DNA from: Haliotis rubra
Lineage: Eukaryota
DNA length: 64,000 nt
Assembly (NCBI RefSeq): GCF_003918875.1
Contig: NW_025765725.1
Span: forward strand, 992,001-1,056,000
Direction of reading: 5' to 3'
Shown in pieces: positions 1 to 11,872 of the stretch (positions are counted from its first letter, which is position 1; every line of letters starts with the position of its first letter). The translations under genes and the position numbers were made by a program. The notes beneath the pieces were generated by a model. That model saw nothing but the letters and a program-made list of their open reading frames with translations, searched no databases and was not told the DNA's origin.

Positions 1-1632
1 CCATTGCTCATTTGGTGAAGCCATTTGTCCATAGCTCAGTTGGTAACAGCATTTGTCCATAGCACAGTTGGTATGTCCATTGCTTTTACGAATCAGCACC
101 GATTAACTACTATATTTGTGACACCCGCACATTTGTCATCGTATTACTTTTGTTGTTCTCACATGTACATATAAATGTTCCTCATAATTAAGAAGTTGAC
201 ATCCATGCATTTTCAACCTAAATGCATACTAAAAGCAGGATTACCTGTGTATGTGACTACTAAGTTCAGTACTAAATGCTAGCAATTATAAGTATAGTGA
301 CACGACGAGTGTTTTCGCACCTTTGTATCGCAGCATTCCACAGCAAGTTAACACGATGCAGGGCAAACTATCAAATGGTTAAGTTTGTAAATATCAATAA
401 CATCAATAGACTCAGACACCACACCCAGACCACGAAACTTTGTCACGTTTGAAGTGTTAATTTGACATGCACGATTGCGTTGCCTTCGCTTAGAAACTAG
501 TTAGACAGCTGGCCACACTGGAAAGACCGGGTGAAGTTATCTGGCAGTTTAAAAATGTTCACGCTTTGTGAATTATTGCAAATATATTATCGTGTTGAAT
601 ATGCTTTATCCATACTTATTCGTACGTCTGGGAAACATGGGAGGGGAAAGAGGGAGGAGTAAAGCCATTAATGCGAATTTGTGACTATTTTATTGAAGTG
701 TTTTTGTTTATATTCATGTTTTTAATGCTAATAAGTTTCACGAAGTGTGTTTGTTTTGTTTTGTTTATATTTTATTATATTTTTAGTACTTATAAATTTC
801 ACGAAGTGTTTTTGTTTTGTTTATATTTTATTATGTTTTTAGTACTAATAAGTTTCATCAAGCATGCAGCCAATTTAATGAATATTTCGTGTAGTTTAGT
901 CAAACCAGTTCGATTACCCATTTAGAAATAAATGCTTTGTCTTGAGGCTCAATTTGTGCAGCTAAGGTGACGATTTCTGGCAGAGATCCTTTTCATTTAA
1001 TACAATTTGCAAAATAGGGACAGTTTATTCGGATTGTGTTAAATTAGTTGTGCGTTGATTTTTTTCAAAAATATATTCTTCTCATTACACAGCCAAATAT
1101 AACGATAAAGACATAAATCAAGGTGTGCATTACCAGAGGTATTCCCATTTCTGTCTGAAGTCGTCTAAGAAACCCCATTGCATGTAGGAGAAATGACCTG
1201 AAACGACCTGTCTCAAGTTAAAAGTGCTTTAGGACTGTCCAAGATCGGTAACAGGACCTGCCACTGGCGTTTAGACCAGATATTCAATCTAAATAAAACT
1301 AGGCTTCGTTTTGCAGTTCTGAACTACACTATTGTTGTTAGCGAAGAATTTCCTGAGTGTCATGGTGGCGTTTGCCCTGGCCACGTGTGTGGAACCCTGG
1401 ATTGGGGTTGAGGTTGGGGTTGGGGGGGCCCCCAGACATAACACACGTGCATCACCAGTGGAGAAAGGGATATTACGCTTCACACTATGCTTGAGTTACA
1501 CTATGATTAGATAAAGGTGAACAACTATGGACAGCACAGACCTGCAGTGTTTTAGAGGACAAGGACAGTAAGCAATATCCTCGATGGACATCGTGCAGAC
1601 ATACAACACTTCAGCTATTGTCACATGTATAT

Positions 1633-2165
1633 AGATGGATGAACGGATGGGTGGATGGGTGGGGGAATGGTTGGACAGATGGATTGATGGGTGACCGGAT
1701 GGATGGGAGGGGGAGACGGTTGGACGGATTGATGGATGTTTGGACGGATGGATTTGAGAGGATAGACGGTTGGAGGGGTGGGGGGATGGATTGATAGACG
1801 GATGGAGGGGTGAGGGGGTGGATGGATGAAGGATGGGTTGGGTGATGAGCGGATGGATGGTAGGACGGATGGTTTGGTGTATGGACGGATTGGTGGATGG
1901 ACGGATGATGGGTGAGGGGATGGACGGATAGATGGGTGAGGGGATTGAGGATGGTTGGATGGGTGGGGGATGGATGGGGGAGGGGATAGATGGTAGGACG
2001 GATAGATTGGTTGATGGACGGATTATTGGATGGACGGTTGGATGGGTGAGGGGATGGATTGGTGGATGGAGTTTTTTCGCACCTTTTTGTATCACAGCAT
2101 TCCACAGCAAGTTAACACGACGGATGGATGGATGGGTTGGTGGGTGGGCGGATGGGTGAATAGAT
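1633..2165 (+). repeat. Degenerate (GGAT/GGAC)n microsatellite
   Basis: Visible tetranucleotide periodicity. Confidence 0.9.
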
Positions 2166-3461
2166 GAATGATGCACCTGTTGACTGATAGATGATAGAAA
2201 GAGAGTGAACTCTGTATATAGAAAAGGGCTCTGCCATGCTAGGTACAGTTGCATGTTCGTATCGAGAGCCACCTGTTCGTTTTAGGCGAACACGAAGCAT
2301 CAGTATTCGATATTGATTTTTTAACATGCCCATAATGTCTTTGGGTGACTATTGACAGTCTTTTGTCGCATTTATTTGAATGACCAACCCTAATCAATAT
2401 TTTCGTACGGGTTTATATTTCATAGGCCTCCCTCCACCCAGACTCAACCACCAGCACACAACTGTATCTATCCTAGGGGCAATTCCTTAGACATTCTGAA
2501 GCGTAGATACATGGGAGAACTGTAGCCTTTACGGACGTGTTTACCCTTTTCGCGAAAACCGATGCCATCACCTACATTCACCGATCAGTTCAAATGATTT
2601 TCAGCATCATTTGTCTTAGACTTTCCCGGGAATCTGTGACGACAGATAATTACAAATATTTTCTGGAATTATATATGATTAATGCGTGTTCATACAAGCC
2701 TCCATCACATTCTCTGCAGGTTTGTTCGTGTGAAAAAGCATTAGAGCAACGTAAGAGAGCCTCACAGCAACTGACATTATTTCTTCTGTCTGACATGTCT
2801 GTGAACTTGCCCGGGATAGTGTACACCAATAGTTATCTATTAATCTGGGGTAGAGGTTACACCGTGTCACGATGACCTAGGGAGGCGTAATGCAGTCAGG
2901 GTCTTCTGCACAGGTTCTCCAGGTATGCCAATGCACATTGTCTAGTCTGTATGTCGTGTAAATGCATATTCAGATCTTCGGGTATTCATCCGATTATCAT
3001 GTTTATGTGTGTACAAAAATACCTTTGTCATGATTACTTAAGTGTGTTTGAGGCCCAAGTAATACACGTATAAACTTGCAATGAGTGACATAGTGCGTTC
3101 CTCAAGAGTCCATATTTCACGATTACCATACAACATATCTGATTAAATCTACTTTAAATATCCAGGACGTTGGAATATTTTTCTCGACATAATAAAAATA
3201 ATTTAATTTAATTTCAGTGAGAGTTTTCATTAACATATAGCTCGAACGGAAGACTAATCGTTTGAGTATTGCCATAGCTCGTTGTCAAATGAAACATTAA
3301 TGTGAAATATATTATTACTGAGTGAATGGATGATGAATCAAGAATTTGATGAACCCCTTTCATTGCTTCATTTGTTTCGGCTGGGATTGTTTACATCTAT
3401 ATGTTTAATACATTAGTCTTAACTGCAATATTTAGGTTTTATAATGTTTATTTTTACTATT

Positions 3462-3582
3462 CATTGGCGGATCCAGTGTGTGGTGGAAGGGTTGGGGATC
3501 CACCCCTTTTTAAAATGACTTAAGACCACATCTGAACAACCCCCAACCCCTTCCCCTTTCAAAGTTCCTGGATTCGCCCATG
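3462..3582. mobile_element. MITE (hAT-like TIRs)
   Basis: cattggcggatccag … ctggattcgcccatg; TSD not clear. Confidence 0.6.
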
Positions 3583-3859
3583 CTGTTGTTATAGTGCAAA
3601 TATTTCATTAATATTTCACACACACAAATATAATAGCTATGATATTTGAAATTTATATGAATTCACAAAGATACCTATATTGTGATTTTCCCTACACAAA
3701 TGAGAGTAACTAATTTAGGTTGTAAAACATGCCGCCAGACATAGACATACTGTAGACAATAGATGACTTTTACGCTGCAGTAACCGGCTGCCTGTCACTT
3801 ACAGATTGACACTCTGACCAGTTATGATGCTAATCCCATAAACAAGTCGGCGGTCAGTT

Positions 3860-4104
3860 TGAGTGAGTGAGTGAATCCAGTTTATGGCGCACTCAGCAAT
3901 ATTCCAGCTACATAGCTGTGGTCTGTTGGTAATCGAGTCTGGACCAGACAATCCAGTGATCAACATCATAAGCATCAATCTGCGCAATTGGGAACCGATG
4001 ACATGTGTCGACCAAGTCAGCGAGCCTGACCACCCGATCCCATTAGTCGCCTCTTACGACAAGCATGGGTTACTCAAGAATCATTTTTCACGGACCTTCA
4101 CGGG
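3860..4104 (-). mobile_element. SINE-like family B
   Basis: Matches family consensus. Confidence 0.88.
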
Positions 4105-5704
4105 TTGCGGTCAATCTGAAATGCTTCTGGCTAAATGAAACGATAGCCTTGTTAATTCATATATATTTCAAATATCAAAGTTACTATATTTTTGTGTGTG
4201 AAATATTAGTGAAATATTTGGACTATAACACTATGTTATCAATACATATTCTGTGTGCTACTCATTTCGGCACGTGTTTTGTGTGTACGTATTCGTATTT
4301 AAAGGGGTTTCTTTATTCATCTGATGTTAAACGTCAAATGCCAAGTGAACGAGACTGGAAAAGCCTAAACTGTCATGACAAGATGTTGGATACACACGTG
4401 ACTTGAAATCTATGTAATTAGTGTCTGACTTTGTATCAGTTGGCAGATAATGCAGCTAAATATTAACCAAATGTATTTGTTGATCAGAAATTGATCAGCT
4501 GATCCGACCCCCAGGGAAGATGATTCCGAAAATCTCCTCTCGACTCAATCAGTGACTCTCGATCAGTTTAACGGCCGATTTAATGTATTAGAAATGTATT
4601 TTTCAAACAGGAAAACGGGAAATATACAGAGACATGGATGTGACTGGGTGCGCTTCTACTTTAAGTTCTGATAAAGCTGTCAGTTATTTGCAATCAACCT
4701 TTCAACAGTGATATGCAAATGTAACATTTGTTTGGCAAACCTTTTGTAAAATCAGATGTGTAACAAATAGTCGTGAATTTACGCCATTTTGTACTTTTAA
4801 AGAATAAAAAAAATATTTTAAATCATCAAAATTATGTAACCATTGAAATTTAAGTAACTAAATCATTAATAATTAATGTAAACGACATGCATTATATACG
4901 TTGATGACGTAGATGTGCAATAGTAGAGCATGTAATCGCACAAACATGCAGATTGTCTTAGAAGGTCGGATGGATGGTGTTCGATAACACACAAAACAAT
5001 TATTTTGTTTATATTTAATGTGAAAAAACATATTTCACAACCTTCATTAATAATCCGTTACTCTTCAAACTGCACGGATTTGTCTGTGTATGAGTGTCTC
5101 TTGTAGAGGTGTATCTTGTGACGTCAGATGTACTTATATGGTAGTAACAGGAATTATCAGTGTTTTCTACAAAAGAATATTAATTCATTATGCACTGATG
5201 ATGTTGAATATCCAAATGAATATATTAGCTACAATTTGCGTGTTTTTAAATTTTGAACTTTTGTCGTTTGTTTGTACGTTTTGTCTCCAGCCAGCTTCAT
5301 ACCAGGCTTTCCGCGCTGGAAAGTGATGATGATGATGATGATGATGATGAATACCGCCACAGTGGCCCCTGAACAGTTCATTCATAATCATTGTTTAATC
5401 TGTCATCTAAGACAACATGACCTATCGGTTTTAGCCAGTGAAACTCTGTGACTGTTAGCTGGTCTTACCGGGATAATATTCTAAGCCGCCATGTAGCTGG
5501 ACTATTGCTGAGTGCGGCGTTACTAAAACAACACACAAAATCCAAAGCGTTGCACTAAAATAACCGATAACGAATCATAGAAACGGGTTACTGAAAATCC
5601 AAAGACTGTCAAAGATGCCGTTGGACATAAATTTACATCAGGCATGCTATGCACACACACATGATTATCATAAGGTTTCCAAAATATAGCTGTCTAAAAA
5701 GCAG

Positions 5705-5836
5705 NNNNNNNNNNNNNNNNNNNNNNNNNNNNNNNNNNNNNNNNNNNNNNNNNNNNNNNNNNNNNNNNNNNNNNNNNNNNNNNNNNNNNNNNNNNNNNNN
5801 NNNNNNNNNNNNNNNNNNNNNNNNNNNNNNNNNNNN
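5705..5836. other. Assembly gap (N run); other gaps at 45817-45958 and 46623-46790
   Basis: Runs of n. Confidence 0.99.
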
Positions 5837-6584
5837 GCACGTACGCCATCGTACAAGCACACACTCATATATATTTGTTACTACTTTTCAAGAGGTTTTC
5901 AATCAAATTTAGAGCTATTATAAGTTCGTTAATACCTCTGATTTTCCAACCCACAATGTTTATCTCCTAACTGATCGTCGTACGGCTTCTACCGGTGCTT
6001 GCCAAACCCACACAAACATGTGTTAAGATAGATGACTATCGATACCTGGATCGAATTACAATCAGTGGTCGCAACTGTCCATGTCATAGGTTACGATTGT
6101 CGGTGTTAGTATTCGTCTTCTTGATAACAAAGATAATAACATAGTTGTAACTGTTGGTCAGTGACCATGTTTGTGTCCATCACTACAATGGTCAGTGGTT
6201 ATGATTGTATCTTTATCTGCTCATATCAGCGACAGTGGTATATGTCGTGTGTCTTACTAAATGTAAGATTATGTGTCTACAGTGGTCACAGTGTTCACTG
6301 ATTATAACATGTCTTTGATTATAATTACCAATGCTATGTATTCTGGTATCCAATTTCGTGTTATACCAATAAAATACATACCCCATGTGTTAGTCTGCTG
6401 AAACGGAATGCCTGTCGAGTTCCTGTATCTCAGGAGAGAGAAGGAAGAAAAACGTGGCACATTGAAATCGGCTCTCCGACACGTCAGTTGCCAAACATGA
6501 ATAGCAATGTCTGCTTCATATATCTCTCAGAATTCGGAAAAAAATAAAACGTACCATTTGCTTGCAAATAAAATGACATGTAAT

Positions 6585-6824
6585 CAGGGATGGAAATAAC
6601 CCATTGCCCCACGTCCGAGTCAAGTGATTTTTCTGTCGGGCAAGCAAATTCGTATATCACACTGTACCGGCGTCCAGTTGACTTTCCACGGTTAATTATG
6701 TTGTTTATTTAAAATATCCAACAAGAAAACGGTCGGTATAGTGGAAAGATTATCAGGGCAAGTGATTTCACATGTGCCACTGTACCGGAGTACATTAGCA
6801 ATTTTAAAGTCATTTCCACCCCTG
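6585..6824. mobile_element. hAT-type MITE
   Basis: TIRs cagggatggaaataac / gtcatttccacccctg; flanks catgtaat / catgtagg; partial copy at 29665-29830. Confidence 0.75.
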
Positions 6825-6874
6825 CATGTAGGAGTTGAAGTTAAGGGACCGTGCCCCAAGCCTCGTGCATAGAT

Positions 6875-7131
6875 GGGGCGGTGGGGTAGCCTAGTGGATA
6901 AAGCGTTCGCTCGTCATGCCAAAGAGTTGAGATGAGTAGAGTTGGGCTTTACGTCACATCGGCTTTATTCAGCCATATAGTGACGAGATCAAGTCACAAT
7001 TATAGACATTTCATGCCAAAGACCAGGGTTCGATTCCCCACACGGGTACAATGTGTGAAGCCTATATCTGATGTCCATCGTCGTGATATTGCTGGGATGT
7101 TTGTAAAAGTGTCGTAAATCATACTCACTCA
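6875..7131 (+). mobile_element. SINE A with a nested antisense retroposon tail
   Basis: Outer TSD ctcgtgcatagat. Inner insertion ~6925-7010 has TSD tcatgccaaaga and carries a reverse-oriented …ggctgaataaagccgatgtgacgtaaa… tail. Confidence 0.85.
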
Positions 7132-7189
7132 CTCGTGCATAGATAACATTTCAATCATGTTCTGAAACTCTGATTTGTTTCTTCTCCAG

Positions 7190-8796
7190 GTGGTGCCGGG
7201 GTACTGGGGTTTGAGAGAGGAAGAGTCGCCTCCCTGGAAGAGTCGCCATCTGGCCACTGAACCTCAGATGCAGACGTTTGAGCTTGAGATGGAAGAAGAC
7301 CAGCCGCTCGATCTGAGCATGAAGCCACGCGAGCTCGTGGAGTCCCCCTTCCCCGGGCAGGTGCCTTCTGGGGAGAAACATCATGGACAGGACTCTCCAC
7401 TGTGCCTCATCAAAGACTGTGGATGTAACAACCATGGTACCCGACAGCGATCGGGTGGCGGGAACTCGGTGTATAATGGCGGGAAGTATGGGCCCCTCCA
7501 TCAAATGGAGATCGTCCTTTGTTCCCCGATTCCCATAGTGAAATGACTTTAAAGTCGAGATTTATTGATAGAAACGGTGCGTACGAGAGCCAACACATGT
7601 GCTATGACCGTGTTGCTGTGCCAAAGCATGACATGTGTAGGCAGAGTGAAGTGGAGGGGGCCTTCCACTATAATCGGGCCACTAACGACGAAGAACGGAT
7701 GGATACTAACGCAGAACACGTCCCGTTTGAAGCTATTTGTCCAGCTGCTCAAAGCAAATTCAAACCAGTGTTTCAGACTTGTGCCAGAACCCATATCGAT
7801 CACCCCAGTGTCAACTACAGTCTTTCGTCAAAGTATTATGAAAGTCGCGAGCACTGTGCTCAGTCGTTCCTTGATCTCAGCAACTTTGGAACAACGCGGG
7901 GTAGCTTGTGGAAGCCTTGCGGAAACATCGAAGAAGGGTGCAGACCTATACGACGACCTTGGCACGGCGACATGAACGCATCTGCTCCTTGGGGACGACC
8001 CTGTAGAGAATGGAACAACAGGGACTTGGCAGAGGGACCCAGGATGCATTGGAGACCCTTCGTGGACACACCGACCTCCCACGGCCATCCTTCGTCTCCA
8101 ACCACAGCGCACCAGCCTTCCGTTGACACACTAAAATCCACAGGTATTGGGAGTGCGGTTCCGAAATCAACCACAGCAGGTTCGCTCTCGGGGACCAGCA
8201 AATCCACCCAGCCTAATTCAGGAAGAACGGCGCAGATATCCACTGGCGCCTCTTGTTTACAAACAACAAGGACTGTAGGGCACTCCTTCGCCTCAACTGT
8301 TCCACTCATCTCTAAGTCTGCAGTCCCACCCAGATCGAACTCTCACTCTTCTTCACTGTCGGCTATCTCAAGGAGCCCTGGTTCGCCGATTTTGGTCCCT
8401 AGAGCCCCGTACACGTCCATTCGAGTGACGCGGAGTCCCAAAACATTCCACAACGAATCGGTTCGGACAATACAAGATCCTGATCTGAGAGAAGCTTCGC
8501 TCAGGCGGTCGCACGATGGCAGCAAACGACATTTGTCCGGGAAACTGGAAGCGCAGGAAAAGGAAAACATCGATTTGACGGACAGTGGAACGGCTACTTC
8601 CGGTGTGGCTACATCCGGGGGCTTGAAGATGCCCGCCCTGGACTATTTGATCTCAAAGGTTCTGGTGGAGCGGATTGATATTCCTTTTAAGCCGTGTAAC
8701 ACGGAGATCAAGAAGATCTATAATGGAGAGAGTAAAGGAAGACTACGCCTTGTTGATCTCATAGAGCTGCAAGTTGAAGAGAGTCTTAAAGCGTAA
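7190..8796 (+). CDS. Terminal coding exon of an uncharacterised, largely disordered protein with corepressor-binding motifs; one -1 frameshift near 7490-7496
   Basis: Pyrimidine-rich acceptor tgatttgtttcttctccag ends at 7189 (phase 0); first in-frame ATG is 7268. ORF 7175-7546 contains DQPLDLSMK and overlaps the 425-aa ORF 7519-8796, whose frame is open from 7477. Adding one C to gggcccc (7490-7496) fuses them (…GKYGPPPSNGDRPLF…). GC-richer than flanks and non-repetitive; poly(A) signals lie downstream. Confidence 0.75.
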
Positions 8797-9541
8797 TGAC
8801 GTTGTTGTTTAGGGATTGTGTTATTTGTTTTCTTTTCGTCTTTTGACCAATGGAGCAGGTTTATGAGCAGTATTGATGATTAACTCGGTGATGGCTGATG
8901 CGACTCAACCAGGGTATACTTGTGTATGTGTATGACTGTACATTCGTGATGTGACCGACTTGTATAATGGCAATTGACGTAACACTTCTAACAAGGAATT
9001 GTTGCCTGTGATAGCGACATGTTTCACTGCCCGAAAGGTTCAAATCCTTCCACTTGGGATCATATCTCATGGTTATTTGCGCTCGCGCCGTTCACCTTTG
9101 AAGGGAGTTTAGGATTTCTCAGTTTTTGATATATGTATCTTGCCATTGAGTGCTTCTTATTAAGGTGACTGTTATACACAGAGAAATATGTCGTATTTAT
9201 TAATGTAACTTATTATTTTGTTTCAGTTTAGATTGAACGACAGATGTGTGTGTCGTCTGGTTGCTATAAGAACTACTTCTGTGACGTCACTTTGACGTCA
9301 CAGCGATAGACTCGGTGGCGATTGGTTAGTCTCCCGTGTCTTTCATCCATGTACCCAGATCTATTAACAAGATTGAACATGTGATCTGCGAGTCTACCAC
9401 TCAGTGAGGTTTAGGTCGTCAGCAGTGCAATGAAGCTGGAGTGCAATATTTTCATCAAATCTCACTTTTCTATCAAGGTAACTACCGGAGTATTTTAAGG
9501 AAACCAATCTGTTTGGTGTTCATGTTTTCAATGGCTATGCT

Positions 9542-9557
9542 ATTAAATGAAAATAAA
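9542..9557 (+). promoter_or_regulatory. Candidate polyadenylation signals (ATTAAA, AATAAA) of the 7190-8796 gene
   Basis: attaaa at 9542-9547 and aataaa at 9552-9557, ~750 bp after the stop, followed by T-rich sequence. Confidence 0.4.
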
Positions 9558-9841
9558 AGTATTACGTACACAAAGTGTCCACTTATTTTTATCACTTCAA
9601 GTAACTGAGTCCAACGAGATCAGCCATTCAGTTTGCCATGTGTAACATTATTGGTTGATTACTTGCTTTGACTTAATGTGATGTACGAAAGTTCCCTTGT
9701 GATTCTTTTCTTTGTTAATAACGCCACAGTCAGCAATATCCCAGCTATATGGCGGCGGTCTGTAAATACTAGAGTCTGGACCAAACAATCTTGTGATAAA
9801 AAACGTGAGCATTGATCTAAGCAAATGGGATACGATGACAC

Positions 9842-10114
9842 CAGTGTTTACCCTTTACCCTGAAAAGCTGCAGGCCCTATGGACCCAAAACCATTAAAAG
9901 TTGTGGGTCCTGATCAGAATGTGTAGGCCCTATATTTTAATATGGAAATAATACAACAACGTATGGTATGGATTTACAACTTATGGAAATAATACTCTTA
10001 GTTACTGGGGATGAAAACACTGTTGGCCATAAAGACCTGCAGAAAAGAAAAGCTGTAGGCCCGAGTGGTTTTCAGTTGGATTCGGGCCTAAGGACCGACG
10101 TTAATTTCGAACTT
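9842..10114 (+). mobile_element. Dispersed MITE-like repeat
   Basis: Reverse-complement copy at 19332-19556. Confidence 0.7.
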
Positions 10115-10144
10115 TGGATAACACGTGTCAGCCATATTGGCCAG

Positions 10145-10251
10145 GGTGCCGTTGTACAAAACAACTTTAGCGCTAAGGCTACTTTAAGTCTATGTTAAAG
10201 TATGGGAGTTACGGTCACCTTAGCGCCAAGATCGCTTTGTACAACGGCACC
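10145..10251. mobile_element. PIF/Harbinger-like MITE
   Basis: TIRs ggtgccgttgtacaaa / tttgtacaacggcacc; 3-bp TSD CAG. Confidence 0.75.
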
Positions 10252-10709
10252 CAGGACAACAATTGTGATCTGTAACAACAATGGGTACTTCCGGTTACTC
10301 ACAGATATCGTCAGTATTACATAGCAACCTTTTCTTTCTTTATTTGCTGAAAAGATTACTCTCTGCTGCTCACTAGTTCAGGATCTCGTAGCAGTGATTG
10401 TATTTGTTGCCAAATATAATACCGTCATATTTGCGAGGTGTTTCTAAAAGAAGTGGCATTACTGGATATTAACTGTTCGTTTTGTTGGTGCAATTTATCA
10501 TCAGTGTGGAAAATATTGACATTGATACATGTGATAACTCACGAGACACTTCATTTTTTCATAGCAAGGACTTTTGTCGTAGCTCACAAAATAACGTGAT
10601 AATTGCACTGCCGGGATCCTTTATAGAATCTCACAAAACTGCAATAATTAATTACAAGGATGCTATTGTGTAACTAGGAAAAACACCGTTATTTCATAGC
10701 AAGGATTTA

Positions 10710-11107
10710 TAAGTCCATTCCATCTACATGCATGCTTAAAGCGCTTTGTTTTTCCCTCGATCTCTTGAAGTTAAACTCAAACGGCACATCGTATTTTCAA
10801 TATCAAATCAGTGGGGAGCATACACTAGACACCAAGTAAATGTGATATCCCATACATACGAGGTACTCATTCACAGCTGGGTGGACTGGGACACATAGTC
10901 ACAGTACTTTGTCCAAGTTTTACTGCACGTTGCTGTACCCGCAACTAGGTGTTTGCACGTATTCATGTGGCCACCATCTGGTCATTTACCAACGGATTCG
11001 TGGGTACTTTAGGTGCACTGGGTTGTGTACTGTACACTCGGGGTTGTGACAACACTGAAAGCTGGATCACTAGCCTGGCGCCTTAGACAGCTCGCCCGCC
11101 ACGTCCA
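10710..11107 (-). mobile_element. tRNA-Leu-like headed SINE with CORE-like segment, internally deleted
   Basis: Reverse complement matches 30408-30590 (head gcgagctgtctaaggcgccagg) plus 32929-33235 (…cccagtccacccagctgtgaatgggtacc…). Confidence 0.7.
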
Positions 11108-11125
11108 CAAAGGATCCTTTATAGT

Positions 11126-11290
11126 TGTAGTATTGTCAATGAGTTGTACAGCCTATATTGTCTCCGTGATTACTTTATGTGTATCACGTGACTTGTGTAC
11201 TACGTCAGAATAAAGCGGGTGAGTGGAACTACTCGCATGTCGTGTTGTCCCTTGTATGTGTTGACGAAGAGAGCCCATGAAGATACTACA
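11126..11290 (+). repeat. 5' LTR
   Basis: TG…CA termini with an 8-bp inverted repeat; internal AATAAA; matches 16230-16394. Confidence 0.95.
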
Positions 11291-11291
11291 A

Positions 11292-11304
11292 TGGCGACGA
11301 GGAT
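11292..11304 (+). other. Primer-binding site complementary to the 3' end of tRNA-Ser(GCT)
   Basis: TGGCGACGAGGAT begins 1 nt after the 5' LTR and is complementary to …AUCCUCGUCGCCA. Confidence 0.8.
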
Positions 11305-11343
11305 TGAATCTGTCGTATTGCTTCAAGGGAAGGTGGTATACAC

Positions 11344-11551
11344 CAGGGGCGTAGCTGCCATATAGGCAAAAAGGCAATTGCCTACACATAATTTTGTAAA
11401 AAAAATATTAAAAAAAAGAAAATGATAAATTTGAACGAAAAATGTTACAGGTGAATTTATTTCAACATGCTGAAAGCATGGATATGTACGTATAATAATT
11501 GCATTCAAAACTTTTTGCCTACACATAATAATTGGCTCAGATACGCCCCTG
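11344..11551. mobile_element. hAT-type MITE nested in the Gypsy 5' leader
   Basis: TIRs CAGGGGCGTAgCTG / CAGaTACGCCCCTG; flanks gtatacac / (g)tacacac fit a near-perfect 8-bp TSD. Confidence 0.8.
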
Positions 11552-11872
11552 TACACACGCAACATGAACTATGTTAGTGATACGAACTCTCACTAATTGG
11601 TGGAACTTTCAAACAGAACTTTGAGTGAGAACTTTTGCACTCGTGAAGACGCCATTTATTCTCGTGCATCACATGTATCTCACCTGTCAGTGTCACGGTA
11701 TGTCGCAAGTCTGGTTTACAGTCTACACCATGTCTACAGTATGTTTTCAGCATGAACATTTCTCATCATGAACTGGATATTGAGAACATTTTCCATATTT
11801 TGCTTAGTCGTACTTGCCTTGACATTCACAAACTTTGACTTTTTCAAATTGTGTCAACAGTGTATAGCCAAT

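Noticed and set aside
1496-2272. 258-aa Pro/Ser/His-rich ORF and overlapping ORFs
   Set aside because: Translation of the (GGAT)n microsatellite.
3799-4138. Recurrent short ORFs such as LLITGLSGPDSIIYRPPPYSWNIAE and MTCVNQVSEPDHPIPLVASYDKHGLLK
   Set aside because: Translations of family B copies, not a protein family.
7489-7496. Programmed -1 ribosomal frameshift at GGGCCCC
   Set aside because: Codon phase is GGG CCC C, not the X XXY YYZ register needed for tandem slippage.
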